Counted from the stretch's first letter, positions 34,700 through 48,338 are shown. The stretch is DNA of 64,000 bases from Basidiobolus meristosporus CBS 931.73 (GCA_002104905.1 MCFE01000014.1:1-64000), one strand, 5' to 3'. The notes: generated from the letters alone by a model not told the origin. Numbers and translations: made by a program.

Positions 34700-36630
34700 C
34701 TAGAACACTCTGGGTTGTTCGTTCTCAAACATCTCCAACTCCAGCGGCGACCGCACCCAGTCTTGGAATCGTTGTCGCAACAGTTCGTCTTTAGCTTGGC
34801 TGTACCTCGCGCTGGACTGCTTCAGTTGCAGGTAAGTGAGCTTCGCGAGATCAACCGACCTGACCATGTTGTTTGTTAGTTGGGATCTTCCTGATTCAAC
34901 GTTAATTCCGAAGTACCGAAGACTGTCAGGTGTAAGAGATGGCGGATACTGAGATACAATATCGACGAAATGCCCAAATAGGGAGGCCTTGGACAAGGCG
35001 GACCTGTAGCGATTCTACGTTAATGCCACCGGACACTGGTCTTAGCGCTTGCTTACTAACCGCGTTTTGATGGGGTACTTGCCATCTTTCCCCGGTCTGG
35101 CTCCCTGCTTTCTTCCATTGACGATGGCCTCAGATTTCGGCTGGTTCAGTACCCAGTTGATGGCTGTTGAGTGGCGTTAGGGTGGCTAGGTGAGGGTGAA
35201 GCCGCATTCATCGTACCAGATGGGGATGGCACTAGCGTGCTCTCGGGGTTGGTCAGCTTCAGGCTTCCCTTGGACCATCGAAACGGTTCTTTTGTATGGA
35301 ATACGCCGATCTTTTGCGGGTGGAAGGATGGCGGCAAATCTGGGTTCTGTGAGTGCGTTGGGCTATCGATGGTTGCAGACAAACATTGAAGTACCGGTGA
35401 TTCCCTCTACACGAGTGCAGAGTGCTCTGATTACCGATTCCTCGTCAAAAAGGTCACCGATGGTGATGGATGCGAGATAAATCGGGGGCATTAGCAAGGA
35501 TAACATTGCGGATTGGAGCCCTAGCACATTCCATCGAGCGATCTTATCACTGAGCGTTATCAGCATCTCTCCATGCAAGCAATGGCTGTAGAACTAACCT
35601 GCAGGACATCGAGAGGGTCGGCTCGGCATCTCCTCTGCCTTGTTTTCGAATGAGTTTCCGACATGTATCATAGCTGAGGTCTGAGCCTTACCTGGTTTCG
35701 TTCGCAGCACATTGACGCGATCGTAGTCTACCCTGCCACGCTTGAGATTGTTCCCAGATGGTGGGGCGGTCTCGCTCACTTCCTCTACATTCTTAGCAAC
35801 CACTTCCGAGCTTTTGGCAACCTTCTGTGCCTCGTCGAAAGTTTTTCTCTTCTTGAAACTCTCGTACGACTCTGCCGATTGCTCGTTAGCCAGGGGCGTA
35901 GTGGAGGCATCTCCGCCTGGATTGATCAGAGATTAGTGGGAACCAAGCCAAACCAGAGACCATAGAACCTACATGGGCAATGGCTCACATACATATGGAA
36001 TGTGATGTCCGGGGAAACAAGCTCGAATGGCGTTCCTGACTTCTGGTCCGTATCACCTATCTTCAATATGTCCGATTTTCCTCCTTTCGCCACAATCAAC
36101 GTCTGGTCCAACAGGTATCTAGGTGAGGCGAGATCAGGGGGCAGTTCATGTAGCTTGCTAACGGGCTATCTATGGAAACCTGATGAATCCTCTGCGAGCA
36201 ATGATCTCGGCATGGCTGTCATGTAAAGCATCTCCGTTGGTTGGCAATTTACTTGAACTCAAACATTTCAGCCCCGTTCTTAGCAAACAGGTCAGCCTCG
36301 GAAGAAACACCAGTCGAAATGAGCGTGAAGTTACCCTATGGAAAGACATTGCAGTTCGTAACCAGGACCATCTAGACAAAGGGTTAACTTTAGTCGATAG
36401 GGCAGTGAACAAGAAAGAAGAGCGAGATCGACGCGAGAACCCTCGACACTGTTCCAGAAAACGGACTCACCTTTAGGTTTAGCCATGAGTATCCCCGCCA
36501 AAACGGTCCACTCGACTTTGTTCCCGCGCACGATCGGTTTCCCTTGTTTTGGTAAGGCGTCGAAGGCCTCCTGGCATTTCTGTGCTAGCTGGTCCGGAAA
36601 GTCCGCTTCCTCACACCGAAAAGTGGACAT
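34700..36630 (-). CDS. TAD1: tRNA-specific adenosine-37 deaminase (Tad1/ADAT1), multi-exon
   Basis: EWTVLAGI, SIGTGLKC, LHDSHAEIIARR, FHMYVSHCPCGDAS, LRTKPG, SDKIARWNVLGLQ, AINW, NGRKQG; no dsRNA-binding domains. Confidence 0.92.
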
Positions 36631-37569
36631 GGTCGATGGATTCGGGCTTTGGAAGGGATTTCGAAATCGCTCGAATTAATCATGTCAAGCTGCCGAAAAT
36701 GATCAATACGGTGTTGGATTGGTAGATTCGTCCTCCAAATGATTGACTCCGCAGTGCAAGCCGAGTGTATTGCTGATAAAAATTGCTGTTCAGTCAATCT
36801 AGTGGCATGATGTTGATTCGTAGTAATACTTGCCTAGTTTTGCAGCTCTCTGACAAGAAAGCCATCAAGTGTGGTATAATGTTGGGTGTATATAACTGCT
36901 GCTGCCAGTTTGGTGTGGTGATTCACTAGTAACATTTGATGGTGTATGCCAACAAGATTGGAAACAATGCTGCAGATATTCCTGAAGACAATTTGCCACA
37001 ATATTGTATTTGTTGTGAGGGTTTTGGGGCCATTTGGACAACTTGAAAGATATATCAGGGCGCCTGACATTTAGTCAATCCAATCAAGTTGATGTAAATA
37101 CTTGGGTGTAGACAAAATCTACAACGGCACGTAAGCCAAAATATTGCAAAAAAATATCAACACAATCCCAGAGTATGCAAAACCTTGATGTGGTAGTTGA
37201 AAGGGAACACTGCAGCACATAAGCCAAAGTAGGCATGATTGAACTTGTCAAGCCCAGCAGAATTCATATTAATGGATGAAGGTTTGAGAGTTGGGAAGTG
37301 ACTCAGTAACGATTTGTGGTTGGTTTATTGAGTCAATACTTTTTATAGAGCCATACATCCATGGCCTTCCACAACACACTCTTGTGATTTTTGCAAAGTG
37401 TGGTGGGAACTGAACAGTTTCAAAAATACGGCGGTCAGAAAGGTCCCTGACTAACTCCAAACCCAAATCGTTTTTTAATAATACTTCTGATTAGGTCCTC
37501 GATTGATTACGAGAAAAGTATATTGTGGATGGCCATGGAGAGGTGGGTGCAAGATTGCTGTCAACTTTG

Positions 37570-37802
37570 TATTTACACTTGGATATACATTTTCTTGGTC
37601 ATTTAGATTCGTAGCTTATGAACTTTACTCTTTGTCGGGACCTACTTGGTATATTTTCAACCAAGAGTCCGGGACATGAAAATCCTCAAAGTCGTCCAAA
37701 AGCCTCCAAACTTTGCGCCCATGTGCTTGGGAGCTTCCTTGTAAAAGTAAAAATACCACTTGAACATCCGATAAATCATCAAGCGAAAATCACGTGATCT
37801 AC
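37570..37802 (+). mobile_element. Partial LTR relic of the same copia family that retains CpG dinucleotides
   Basis: acatgaaaat-ctcaaagt-gtccaaa, ccaaactttgc, gtaaaagta, ataaatcat-aag-gaaaa blocks align to the LTR; 5' end approximate. Confidence 0.75.
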
Positions 37803-38386
37803 CACTAAAAGAAGGTGGCAATCTTTTCAATGTTTTAACAATTTGGAGCAGTTGACAAGATCTTCCCCAAATGGTTAAAAAGGCATGGGCAATGATGAAA
37901 AGTTACTACATGAATACTTGGGTACTAAACCAATTGTTTGGAACAATACCCGTGTCTGAAAAATGTGTGTCCCACACCACTGCTGTTCCCCAAGTACCAT
38001 TATGAAAATAGGTATCGATGGGAAGAGTCAGAACCAGAGCTAACAAACCATTCTGCTTAAAATTTATTGTGACCAGCAAAGAAATAGGGGTTGACCGGGA
38101 TGATCAGGGTAGGGAAAAGAGAAACTGTCGAGAAAGAAATGGTGACCTGGGTCAAGGTGGGTTCGAGAAATCTAGGGAATTTTATCTTTTTCACTGGTAG
38201 ATTCAGTGAGCAATAGAGAAGGAAAACATACATTAAAGTGTACATTTCTACACAAACAATCGATGAGTACAATGAAGAATCCTGTTGTCGAAGGGCATGA
38301 TGGAATGCTGCTTACTGAAGTTCTCGGGATTGACTTCGACATGTGTGAATGAATATTCGGTGGAAGGACGCTCTAAAGTAGGTATA

Positions 38387-41174
38387 TTAAGAATCGGAGA
38401 GTTTGCGTCTTTTGGCGCTGTTCGAAGACTCCCCAGGGTTGGATTCCTCGTCACGAGAGGACGTTGCCTCCGAATTCTCATTCACTAACAACATCCGCTC
38501 CAATTCGGCCAAAAACCGGGTGGCCGACGAAGAAAGTAGATTACAAAGTGATTGCAAATGATGCTTGACGACCTAGAGGGATAATGGTTGGAGTTGGTCA
38601 GTGAACGCCGATGGACTCCCTCTTGACAGGACTGACTACTTACCATGTGCACGATTTCTCGGGTGCGATCTGCCCCGTAGGCTGTGAACAAATCGTTTCG
38701 AACTTCTTGCACCACTTCTCTAATCCAAGTGGGGATAAAGTCGGCCGCTGCGAACGAGCTGGTTTCGTTCGCTCGACGCTTGGGACGCGCGTCCAACAAG
38801 AAGCGAAGTAAACGCTCGCATTGCTTAGTCAAGTACCGCACCAAACGGTCTTGCAGACTCGCTATGATAGTATCGTTGTTGGGGAGTGCCTCGTTGAGAT
38901 GAAGCAGTTCGACGAAATATTCGCCCAAGGATTGTGAAAGGTTCACAATGTCCTCTTCTCTACGCTCCGTCGATATGTTTGCTTGGAAATACCCGGAAAG
39001 ACGGGAGTGAAGCTGCTGCAAGCTGGTCGGATTGCCTCGAATGATCTCACGAGCCTCCGAGACGTGAATCGAATGGAGGAGTTGGTAGACAAAGTCCTGG
39101 GCTCTGTTAGTGCTGCTGGGCTCCAAGTTAAATACATCCGCAACCGAGGTATTGCTTCGACCTTGGGATTCTTCCAGAAGGGTGAGATGGTTGGAAAGCA
39201 TGCTGCCAAAGAGACCAAGATCGTATGAGTTCGAAGAAGCAACTCCAGGTGCATTCGAGTCGGTCTGTGGTGTAGAGCCGGTATCATTGTTGGAGGCGGC
39301 GGGATTAGAGTTTGTGGCGTTCTCAGAGTTAGACGAGCTTCTGGTTTGCCCGATTCTGGTGGCGGGAATGATGCTAACGATGGGAATGGTCGTGCTAGCG
39401 ATGAATGCGCTTGAGCCGCCAGTGGATCTGGAGGGGTAGATTGTCGTGAATGGGGAGCCCAATGAGCCAGCTGGGGACCCACCAAATATCGACGATAGTA
39501 ATGAGGATAATGCGTTGGGTGTTGAAGGAGTCGACTCTTCCGCGGCGTTGGATGGTTGTTGGGATGGCTGCGTCTCGGCGGTGGTATTAGAGGCCGGGTC
39601 TTGGTTTCTCTCCCGCGATGGCTGATTGCTGGTCGGTGTCATTGGCAACGAAATTGGGATGGTAGCCCCTGAGCTAGTTTCAAATTGAACAGATATATCA
39701 GGGTATATGGAGAATGTCATGTTGGGAGATGAGAAGAGCGAGCCCCGAGAACGGGGTTGGGGGTTAGGCGTGCTAGATGATTGGGCCTGGTTGGGACTGG
39801 CAGCTGCCTCTGAGCCATCTTGGGATGGTTGTGGCGCGGCGGTACTGGAGCTATCGGGAGCACTATCAACTGGTGTGGGATTGAATCTGGTGCGGTGCAA
39901 CAGAGTGGCCATCGTACTTTCAAGTTGAGTTAATCTGTACATCCCGCGTGCCAGCCCGGCCGCTTCATTCTGGGCTCTGATGCGTTCCTCGGAGTCAGCC
40001 TCCAAAGTCTCATCGATAAACGTACGGGCCAAAGGCCTCAGTACGCCGGTAAGATGCTCCAGTGCGTTGGACAGCTCCAGCATAAGTCTACCGGTTTGCA
40101 CCGTGTCATTCCCTTGGATCTCTAATGGAAAAATCAATAAGCCGCAACTTGAAGATGGCATTTCTGTATATACCAACCATGTTCTGGGGTGATGTTCCAG
40201 AGATCTTGAAGGCGTCTTAGATGGGTAGAAGCACGGCTGAGCAGAGCGCTGTTGTCGGCCTTGAACAAGATTATTAGTAAGCCAGTGATTGCCAAAACGT
40301 GGTGCGTGTACTACCGTCTGTCGTTGAGATTGGGGTGTCGATCTGGATTCACCGTTTGCCCGCACGCTGCTACCCCGAGGGGTGCTCTAGTTAATCAAGA
40401 AAATCAAGGGTTAATGCCTGTCTGGATGATAGATACCGATCAGAGATTAAATGCATACACTACGAACGGAGGAAGGTGTGGAAGCAGTCGCCTGAGCATT
40501 GGCTTGAGGAGTTCTTGGCGAATCTCCAAAAAGAGAACCGAGAAACTGCGGAAATAGTTGGCACAGGTTGAGAATCTAGCAGCATATACAGATTGCATCT
40601 TGCTCGCATTACTTACACTGTTGATAGGTGAATTATCAAGTTCGAGGGAGATGAATCTTGTGGTGGATGCAATACTCCTAGGTCTAGTAGCACTAGTTTG
40701 AGGTGTTTGAGGTTCATCTAATAAGAAACAAGTAAGGTTCAGTATAAGGTTGGGAAAGGTAAGTCCAAAACAAAGCAATGACCATTGTTGCCTAGAGCCT
40801 CCAGTGGTCTAATTACAAGGTGTATCACATTTCCGGTTTGTAATCCTATCAGAGGCAAATCCTTTCCGATTAGCAACTCGACACCTTGCTGTATCGAGGA
40901 GTTCTGTTTACTGACCACATTCGTGCAAAGTTTTTTCATCTTTCATCACTCTGCCTTGAAATATAAGTCTTTGTCTGTCGCGAGTTACCCCTGCTACATC
41001 TTCCAACTGCTCTTTGAGTTTCAGCACCGTTTCTGAGTGGGCAATCACAACTGGATAAGAATCGGAATCGATGGTGCGAACGGTGATTTTGAGTGGACCA
41101 TCGTAGGTGGCGGCCTTGCTAGCTTGTGAGGTCTCTTGAGTGGTTTTGTCCTCGTTAGAAGCAGTGTGCGTCAT
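38387..41174 (-). CDS. BAG6-like protein: N-terminal ubiquitin-like domain, long S/T/P/N-rich region, helical C-terminal part ending in an NLS-like AKRRKL
   Basis: UBL exon LKITVRTIDSD...KLKEQL...RQRLIFQGRVMKDEKTL...VIHLV; segment QLLHSIHVSEAREIIRGNPTSLQQLHSRLSGYF resembles the conserved mid-region of animal BAG6; internal exon boundaries not all resolved. Confidence 0.7.
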
Positions 41175-41505
41175 GCTTAGTGTTAGACAATTAAAAAGTA
41201 TAACTACAAAGATGAATACAACTATCTATGAATAGAATGGAATGGAAAGCGCAAACGATTGCTTAATAATATATATGAGAAATATATATAATATGTGGGT
41301 TAACAAAGAAAAAAAAGGATTTCTTCAGTTATTGAGACATTCAGAGAACATTGATTAGATTTAAGCTGCCTAATAGATGTCTAATCAGATCGGAGTCAAA
41401 TAAAATTACCCCCGACCAGTATAAATAAACAATCCAAACAACCAAACAAACACTCCATATTATTTGTTAAATGTGGCATTCACCGGGCTTCTCTGAATAC
41501 TGACC

Positions 41506-43337
41506 ATGTTTAGACAAAATAAAACGAGCGCTGCCAGGGGGTTTACCAACTCCAGCCAGCTAGGGCGTTCACAGAACCTTGAATACCCAACCAGATTGAA
41601 CTTCTACAACACTCCTCCACTCTGTGAGGTGAACATCGAGGAATTCGAAACCTTCGCTCTGGATCGGCTCCAAGGTATTTTCTCGTTTCTGGTCGGGTTT
41701 TCTCTAAAGCATCTGGTAAACTCTTTTGCATAGTGCTTAAGGCTGTGGAGACCGCGTATATCCGAAACAGACCAGAGGAGGAGGTTAAGCAGATTCTAAA
41801 CGAGATTAGTAAGAAATGCCTGCCGCTCAGCCATAGCACAGCAGCTGCGACCACTCCCTTTGATCAGGAGCGTCGCAAAGATCATATCTCGCATTTTATT
41901 CTTCGCTTGGCTTTTTGCCGGAGGTAAATCCCTTCTACAGCGCTTGGTCATTGTATGTCTCTGTTTAACGTCCAGCAATTAGTGAGGAATTACGTAACTG
42001 GTTCTTACGTCAAGAGTGCGCACTATTTAAGTGAGTAGGCCTATGTTCACCTTCACTGGTGTAATTCAATGAAGCCAAAAGCCTAACCTGGTTCAACACA
42101 TAGACTACGATTCTCAACAGAGAGTATCCAAGACAAGTCTAGATTTCTAGAGGCAGCAGGTCTTCAGCTGAAAATGGTACATGCCAATGCCTTTGCTTAC
42201 AATTTCAATCTCTCTAAACGCGTATCCTACATTACATTAGCTTACTCCCGAAGACAAGCGGCTTTTCCAGAAAGAGCTCTATCAGGCGTCGGCACACATA
42301 TTGAACTTCGAGTCTGAGCCATTCTTCGAAGTGGATTTCGAAAAGGTTCCTGATTTGATTCAACGGCGCCAGGTATATGTGAGAAAGGGTAAGGCATATG
42401 TTCCCATGTCGGATCAGGCTGCCTTGGTCGTAAATGAGTTCAAGAATCACCTAAGCCAAGCTTTAGAGGTAAATCCCCTTTGGATCTTGTTCATAGCTTC
42501 CCTATTAACTTACTTCCTTCTCTCCAAAGGCTACAGCTAAAGCTTTACCACGAATGGATGAAGACGAAAGGTTGCTGCCTGTATTGACTAACTTGAGCAA
42601 GCAGTACAATGGAAGAGAATACACTGCTCAAGGAATTAGTGGACAAATAACATCCGCAGATGTCGATAATCTTACTCAGCACTTCCCGTTGTGTATGAAG
42701 CATTTGAATGCCAAGCTCAAGGAGGATGGACACCTGAAGCACGGTGGTAGAATGCAATATGGTCTATTCCTGAAGGTAAGCCATTTTCCCTATTGAGCAA
42801 CATCAGCCATCAATCTAACCACTTCAACAGGGCATCGGACTCTCCTTAGAGGAAGCGTTGCACTACTGGCGAACTTCGTTCTACAAGATGAGCGACGATC
42901 AATTCCAGAAGGGCTATGCTTATAATATACGACACAACTATGGTATGGAGGGCCGTAGAACTGACTATACTCCATACAGCTGTATGAAGATCATCACTGG
43001 CAACTCCCCTTCCAGCGGAGATCATCACGGATGTCCGTTCCGGCATTTTTCACCCGAGAACCTTCGACATGCTTGCTACAGCAGTGGTGCCACTGACCAT
43101 GAAGTCAACGAAATTCTTGAACTGGTTCGAGCCAACCATTTCCAGGTCGCTTGCACGCGCTACTTCGAGCTTACCCACAAAAAAGTGACCATTGCCTCAA
43201 AAATCGACACCATTATCCATCCGAACCAATATTTTGACCAGAGCTATGACGCATCGCTGGTGGCTAATGGGAAAGAACCCAGAACCACCCGCTCATGGAA
43301 GCAGGCTGTTAAGCAGGAGAAGACTGAAGCCATGTAG
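41506..43337 (+). CDS. PRI2: DNA primase large subunit, multi-exon
   Basis: YPTRLNFY..PP, EEFETFALDRL, RRKDHISHFILRLAFCR, HFPLCM, LKHGGRMQYGLFLK, YNIRHNYGMEG, PYSC, GDHHGCPF, HFQVACT (4Fe-4S ligands). Confidence 0.97.
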
Positions 43338-43572
43338 GGTCGATACTGGAGAGAAGATCAGATTACCTTTCTTTGTTTATATGAATTCACTTCAACAATA
43401 CATTCTCTACATTGTAACATAACCATTCATTTGATTTACTGGACGTTAAGGTGGCTGATGGCATGAATAGAATGCACGTGTTGAGCTTTATTGATAGTGC
43501 GAGGTCTGTGTTTGGGAAACATGAGCAGAAGCAAAATCCTGGTATAATGATCGGCTATTTACACGAGAACAC

Positions 43573-44421
43573 TCAGACGATCTTCTCCAGAAACATGGCC
43601 ATTTGGTCTGGCTGATTGATCCGAAAGCGCCAGAAAGCCTTTTTGGTCTCATGCAATGTGGCACAGTCAACCGAGCTGTAGCCCAGGTCGTTTTTCGCAT
43701 ATGGATTCATATCATGCTCCAGCAGCCGCTTAACCAGATTGGTCAACCCAATTAAACTAGCTAGATGCAACGTGGTGTTCCCTTGACCCCAGATATGAGA
43801 GATGGTGTGTTGAAGCAAATCTATTGATTTTCGGCTGTTGAGCTCCTTGCAAAGAAAGTCCAACATTTGGAGAGCGATCTTCTCTCTGTTATGGAGACAT
43901 GCCAGCTGCAAGAAATTCATGTTATCCACGATATCCCCCAACAATGTCTCGGCCTGGGTAGAGAGCGCTCTATCAAATTTCAAGCAGCCCTCTCTACTCA
44001 TCCATGTATCATATAAAAGCGTATATAAAACGATTGGCGGATTGCTGGCAATCACGTAGGTAAACGTGTATGGTCTTCCATGTAGAATGGCATTCTTGAG
44101 ATCAGTCCTAGAGGTCAGGATCATTTTTGTGTCCTTTAAATCCTCCAGCTCGTTGGGTGTGAAACAGGATGTAACCGCTTGTGTGAAGGACAAAGAGGAA
44201 ATAGCCGCTTTGTTGGGGAGGCCACCATGCCACACTGAACACTTGACTGGACAAAGATATTCCGGAGGGTTAGTTAAACGGGTTTGGTGAGCAGCCTCTT
44301 TGACTCGTATTACCATGCGTGCATGGGGAGAAAGACTTTGTAGGAAAACAGTGGACGGAACTGGTGATTTAGAATAAGGAACGAGGACCCATTTTACACA
44401 GAGGGCCGCTTTGTCACTCAC
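43573..44421 (-). CDS. Ankyrin-repeat protein, 5' structure unresolved (possible upstream exons to about 44764)
   Basis: 282-codon ORF with NFLQLACLHN and GNTTLHLASLIGLTNLVKRLLEHDMNP...N..G ankyrin repeats. Confidence 0.65.
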   Translation of the reverse strand: MSDKAALCVKWVLVPYSKSPVPSTVFLQSLSPHARMVIRVKEAAHQTRLTNPPEYLCPVKCSVWHGGLPNKAAISSLSFTQAVTSCFTPNELEDLKDTKMILTSRTDLKNAILHGRPYTFTYVIASNPPIVLYTLLYDTWMSREGCLKFDRALSTQAETLLGDIVDNMNFLQLACLHNREKIALQMLDFLCKELNSRKSIDLLQHTISHIWGQGNTTLHLASLIGLTNLVKRLLEHDMNPYAKNDLGYSSVDCATLHETKKAFWRFRINQPDQMAMFLEKIV

Positions 44422-45113
44422 TTATCTATATCTAGACGATCATTTCCCACTATGCAGCGTCAAAAAAGAAACAAATCTCCCGAAGCCTAGGTGAAGAGGA
44501 TTTTCGTTTGAGACTCCCCTTGTCACACTCCTTGCCGAAAGCCAATCCCACTTTTGTAACCAAGCTGTCAGGCATCCAACCTGCTTGTCGATGTTTGAAA
44601 CGAGTGTAGCAATATGTTGAAGCCAATGGTGAGCGATGGTCAAAGTGAAGGTCGGGATCAAACTTTCCGCTCGCCATGTTGCATGCAGGCAGTGCATTCG
44701 TTTCGCAACACCACACTATGATCAGATTTGCAGTGCGCACGAGAACACATATGGAATCATTCATTTACTAAATGAACACATGCTATCAGTGTTTTATGGA
44801 TCAACTCTGTGATATCAAATGAAAATCAGGATAGAAACCGGAACCCACCCCAATTCCTAAACCACTCAGATCATTTACGCGATAAGATATGGAAAGGAAT
44901 ACACAAATCACATCTCCGGAATCCCCGTTGTTTAAATCACCATTGTTTCCTGCATTCATCTTATTCTTCTCTAATTAACTGACTGGTTTTAGCATTCTTG
45001 TATTATTCTGTTTCTGGACGTCTACTTCGCTCGCTTGTTTTCTTCAATAGCTTGCCCGTCGTTTCTCCCTGCATACCCCTGCGGCTTTTCTCTGATCGAA
45101 CACTAAATTCGCC

Positions 45114-46020
45114 ATGGACGTTTACGCTTTGACGAGAAAAAAACGCCCTACAAATCCTACAATGGCGGCGATTCCTTCCTCTACACCCCCGAAGAACCCG
45201 CAGCAGTCGCCCACACCTCCACCAGCCCAAGCCCCCCAGGGCCGCTCTACTCCAAACAATATGAACTCTGCTCTCCATAAACAACTAAGCAGAGCAGTCC
45301 AAGCCTCGTCACCACAAGAGTCGAGAGTGGCAGTGACGGGGCCTCCTACCAGAGATCATTGGAAGGTAAGAGATAAATGCACTTCATATCTACCATCCAA
45401 CGTAGTCTAAAGCTTCCACCAACGTCAGCCCGATGGCGACGCAACTTTCTGCACCTCATGTGAAACACAATTCAACTTCTTCGAACGTAAACATCATTGT
45501 CGAAGGTAGCTCTATTTTCACATCAAGCCTGGCTTAGCCTGCACATCGTTAATCCCCGGAACCGATATAGGTGCGGAAATGTGTATTGTGCCAAGTGCTC
45601 TTCCAAATTCATCCGCTTGGACCAGAATGCCGAGTTCAACTCCGGAGGCACGCTGTGTCGTGCGTGTGATCGTTGTTTCCAAGAGAGCTTGAACAACTTC
45701 AAGAGACCCGCCCCCAGACGAATGCTCAGCGGCACTCAAAAAGAGCTCGGCCGCCAAAATGGTTAGTGCCGTCCCGCCTATATCTAGCCGCCGACCATTT
45801 TTTCATTGATTTTTCTTAGTGGAGTCTCAAGCACGCCCGCCGTCCTCCGTACCTGCGACTGCTATCGGGGTGGATATCAATAACCCCACTAGGCGTAAGT
45901 GAACATCTGAAGATATGGATTGTTTGTTCGTGAAATTAACCCATCGTGTGATTAGCAACCGATCCGTTCATTCAGCCAATACCATCAGTTCCTCGTGATT
46001 GGTCTTGGTCTACATTTTAG
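45114..46020 (+). CDS. FYVE zinc-finger protein, multi-exon
   Basis: HWKPD..A..C..C...F.FFERKHHCRRCGNVYC..CS...CRACDRC; ends SVPRDWSWSTF. Confidence 0.9.
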
Positions 46021-46273
46021 GTGACCAAATCCAATATTTCTATTCCATCAGCCAACCACCATCACCCATCACCGTATATTGCGTTTTGTCGTGTATATTT
46101 AGATAGACACATATGCTCCCCCTTTTGTGAACCTACTCTTGGAGCTGTATATTTATATCTCGGCATAAAGTATCCAAACAAGACTGTATGTGTGTGCGTG
46201 GGTGGCCGCCATTCTGTAATGAAATTGAAATCAAATTTATTGAGAATCTGAAGCTATGACTCCGGGAAGGCAT

Positions 46274-46901
46274 TTAGTTTTCCTGGATATGAACGAAGAC
46301 TGTTAGTGCTGCGAGCGATCCGATGGATTCATCACAACTGGCTACTTACGGGAATCTCGACTTCACCGGCATCGATAGCATCGGTAAGGTCCTTGGGGTT
46401 TTGGCCGTCGACGGTGCAGCCGACTGAGAAGCATGTGCCAAGGATTTCCTTGACGGTACCGCTCAATTCACGAGCCAAGGACTTGTAGCGCATGGTTCTA
46501 GCGATTTCAATAACGTCATCCAAGGTGATGTTACCGCTGTGCTTGATGTTCTTCTCCTTCTTGCGGTCACGGATAGGCTCCTTGAGAGCTCTGATGACCA
46601 AAGAGGAGGCAGAGGGGACCACGGAGACAGCAGCTTGACGGTTCTGGATGGTCAATTGGACAGTGATACGAAGACCCTTCCATTCTTGAGTGGCCTTGGC
46701 GATATCTTCACCAACCTTCTTGGGAGAAAGACCGAGAGGACCGATCTTGGGAGCAAGGGCGGAAGAGGCACCAACTTCACCACCAGTGGCTCTGAGGTAG
46801 ACTAATCATCGCATGGTCAGTCATTCATTCACGCAACTACACTCACACAGTCATGTTAACTTACTGATCTTGACTTCGTTGGGGTCGGCCTTAGGGGGCA
46901 T
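46274..46901 (-). CDS. RPL12: 60S ribosomal protein L12 (uL11)
   Basis: [12 protein letters not shown]|[25 protein letters not shown]...VGCTVDG; last exon is 9 nt (GAA AAC TAA). Confidence 0.97.
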
Positions 46902-47236
46902 GTTTACTTATTCAATTGATGGATGACCGAACGAGAGTGATGCGATGTCCAACACCAAAAGATGGTAACGTAGAAGGAAGGCATCAGCATATATTACCCA
47001 TTCATAAAAATCTGCTCCATCACGGGCTAGATTTCCATGGTTCTTTTTTCAAAAAATTTCTTTCCTAAATCATGGGATTCTCTTGCGATGGTGTGTATTA
47101 TCGGGCTCAATGGATGTTACATCAAATTTTATAAAAAAAGGTTTACAATGTGAAAGTGGGAGAGGTGGAATAGTTGGTGTGGGTGGTGGAGAGTGGAGAG
47201 CAGAGAGCGGAGAGCGGAGAATAGAGAACGGATGAA

Positions 47237-48338
47237 TCAGTTGCTTGCCTTTTCCTTCTCCTCGGCCTTGTCCGAGTTTCTTTCCGACTCGCGGTTGGTG
47301 ACCTTGTTGTTGATGAGGTTGTGTAGGGCAATGACAGCACGGATAAGAGAAGACAGATAGATGACGAGCATCTGGTCATTGGTCTTGACCGAGAATGCTT
47401 TGGAGGTATCGTTGACGTTTAGGTTAGGCAGCAGGTTGAACATATCCTGAAGATTGTGAATGATTTGATGGTTGACTGGCAAATCACCGGCCACGACCTT
47501 CTGCAGATATTCACTGATTTCAACTAGGCGAGATCCCAGGCCCTTGAGGGATTGTAGCTGGTTAGTGACACGAGTAGACAGGGTGCCGACAGCATTGTCT
47601 TTGACATCGCGCAACAGATGCTCCACACCAATCTCCTCAGCCTCCTCAGCCTCTATTTCCGAGGGAACGTGCATGAACGTTTTGGTGGTAGCGGTACCAT
47701 CCTAGATTTGGTAGGATAGGGTCAGCATATCATTTCCATCAAATGTGACCTCAAGTGGCTCATTTACATCATGAATCTCCTCAATAGCAAAGTAGGCGTC
47801 GGTGGGGATTCCAATATCCTTTGGCTTGACGTCAACAATGACAAGAACTGGGTTAGGGGTATAGCGCTTGAACAGCTCGTTCACTTGTAAATCGGCGGAG
47901 CGGAGTTTGGGTCCACTGTGATACCAACCAATCATCTTTTCCTTGGCTAAACAACGGGTTAGGCTTGATTTCTGATGAGCGCAGGTAGGCATCGAAAGAC
48001 GTACCGTTGACTTTCTTAAACATGTTCAGCATGGACTCAACGTAGTCGTGGTCCAAGAACCATACTGAGGGGTCTTTTTCATCTTCCTCGAAGGGGACTA
48101 GAAAGGACATTCACAAAGGTTACTTGAGACTCGAAAATCCAACGGGCTTCAACGAAAGAAAACCAAACTAACCGGCGAAACTGTTGGCAACATTCACGCT
48201 GTTTCCGATCTTTTGTCCCAACAATACACCCACTACACGCTTCTTGGTGTTTCGGGCGACTCTGTTGTAGTGATCCACAACGGAGAGAAGAACAAGTGGG
48301 TGTACAATCACCTTGTCTGCGATGGAATTGGCCAGCAT
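47237..48338 (-). CDS. RPN8: 26S proteasome lid subunit Rpn8 (PSMD7), multi-exon
   Basis: [85 protein letters not shown]. Confidence 0.97.

Noticed and set aside
34700-36630. ADAR-type mRNA editing enzyme
   Set aside because: Deaminase domain only, no dsRNA-binding domains; fits Tad1/ADAT1
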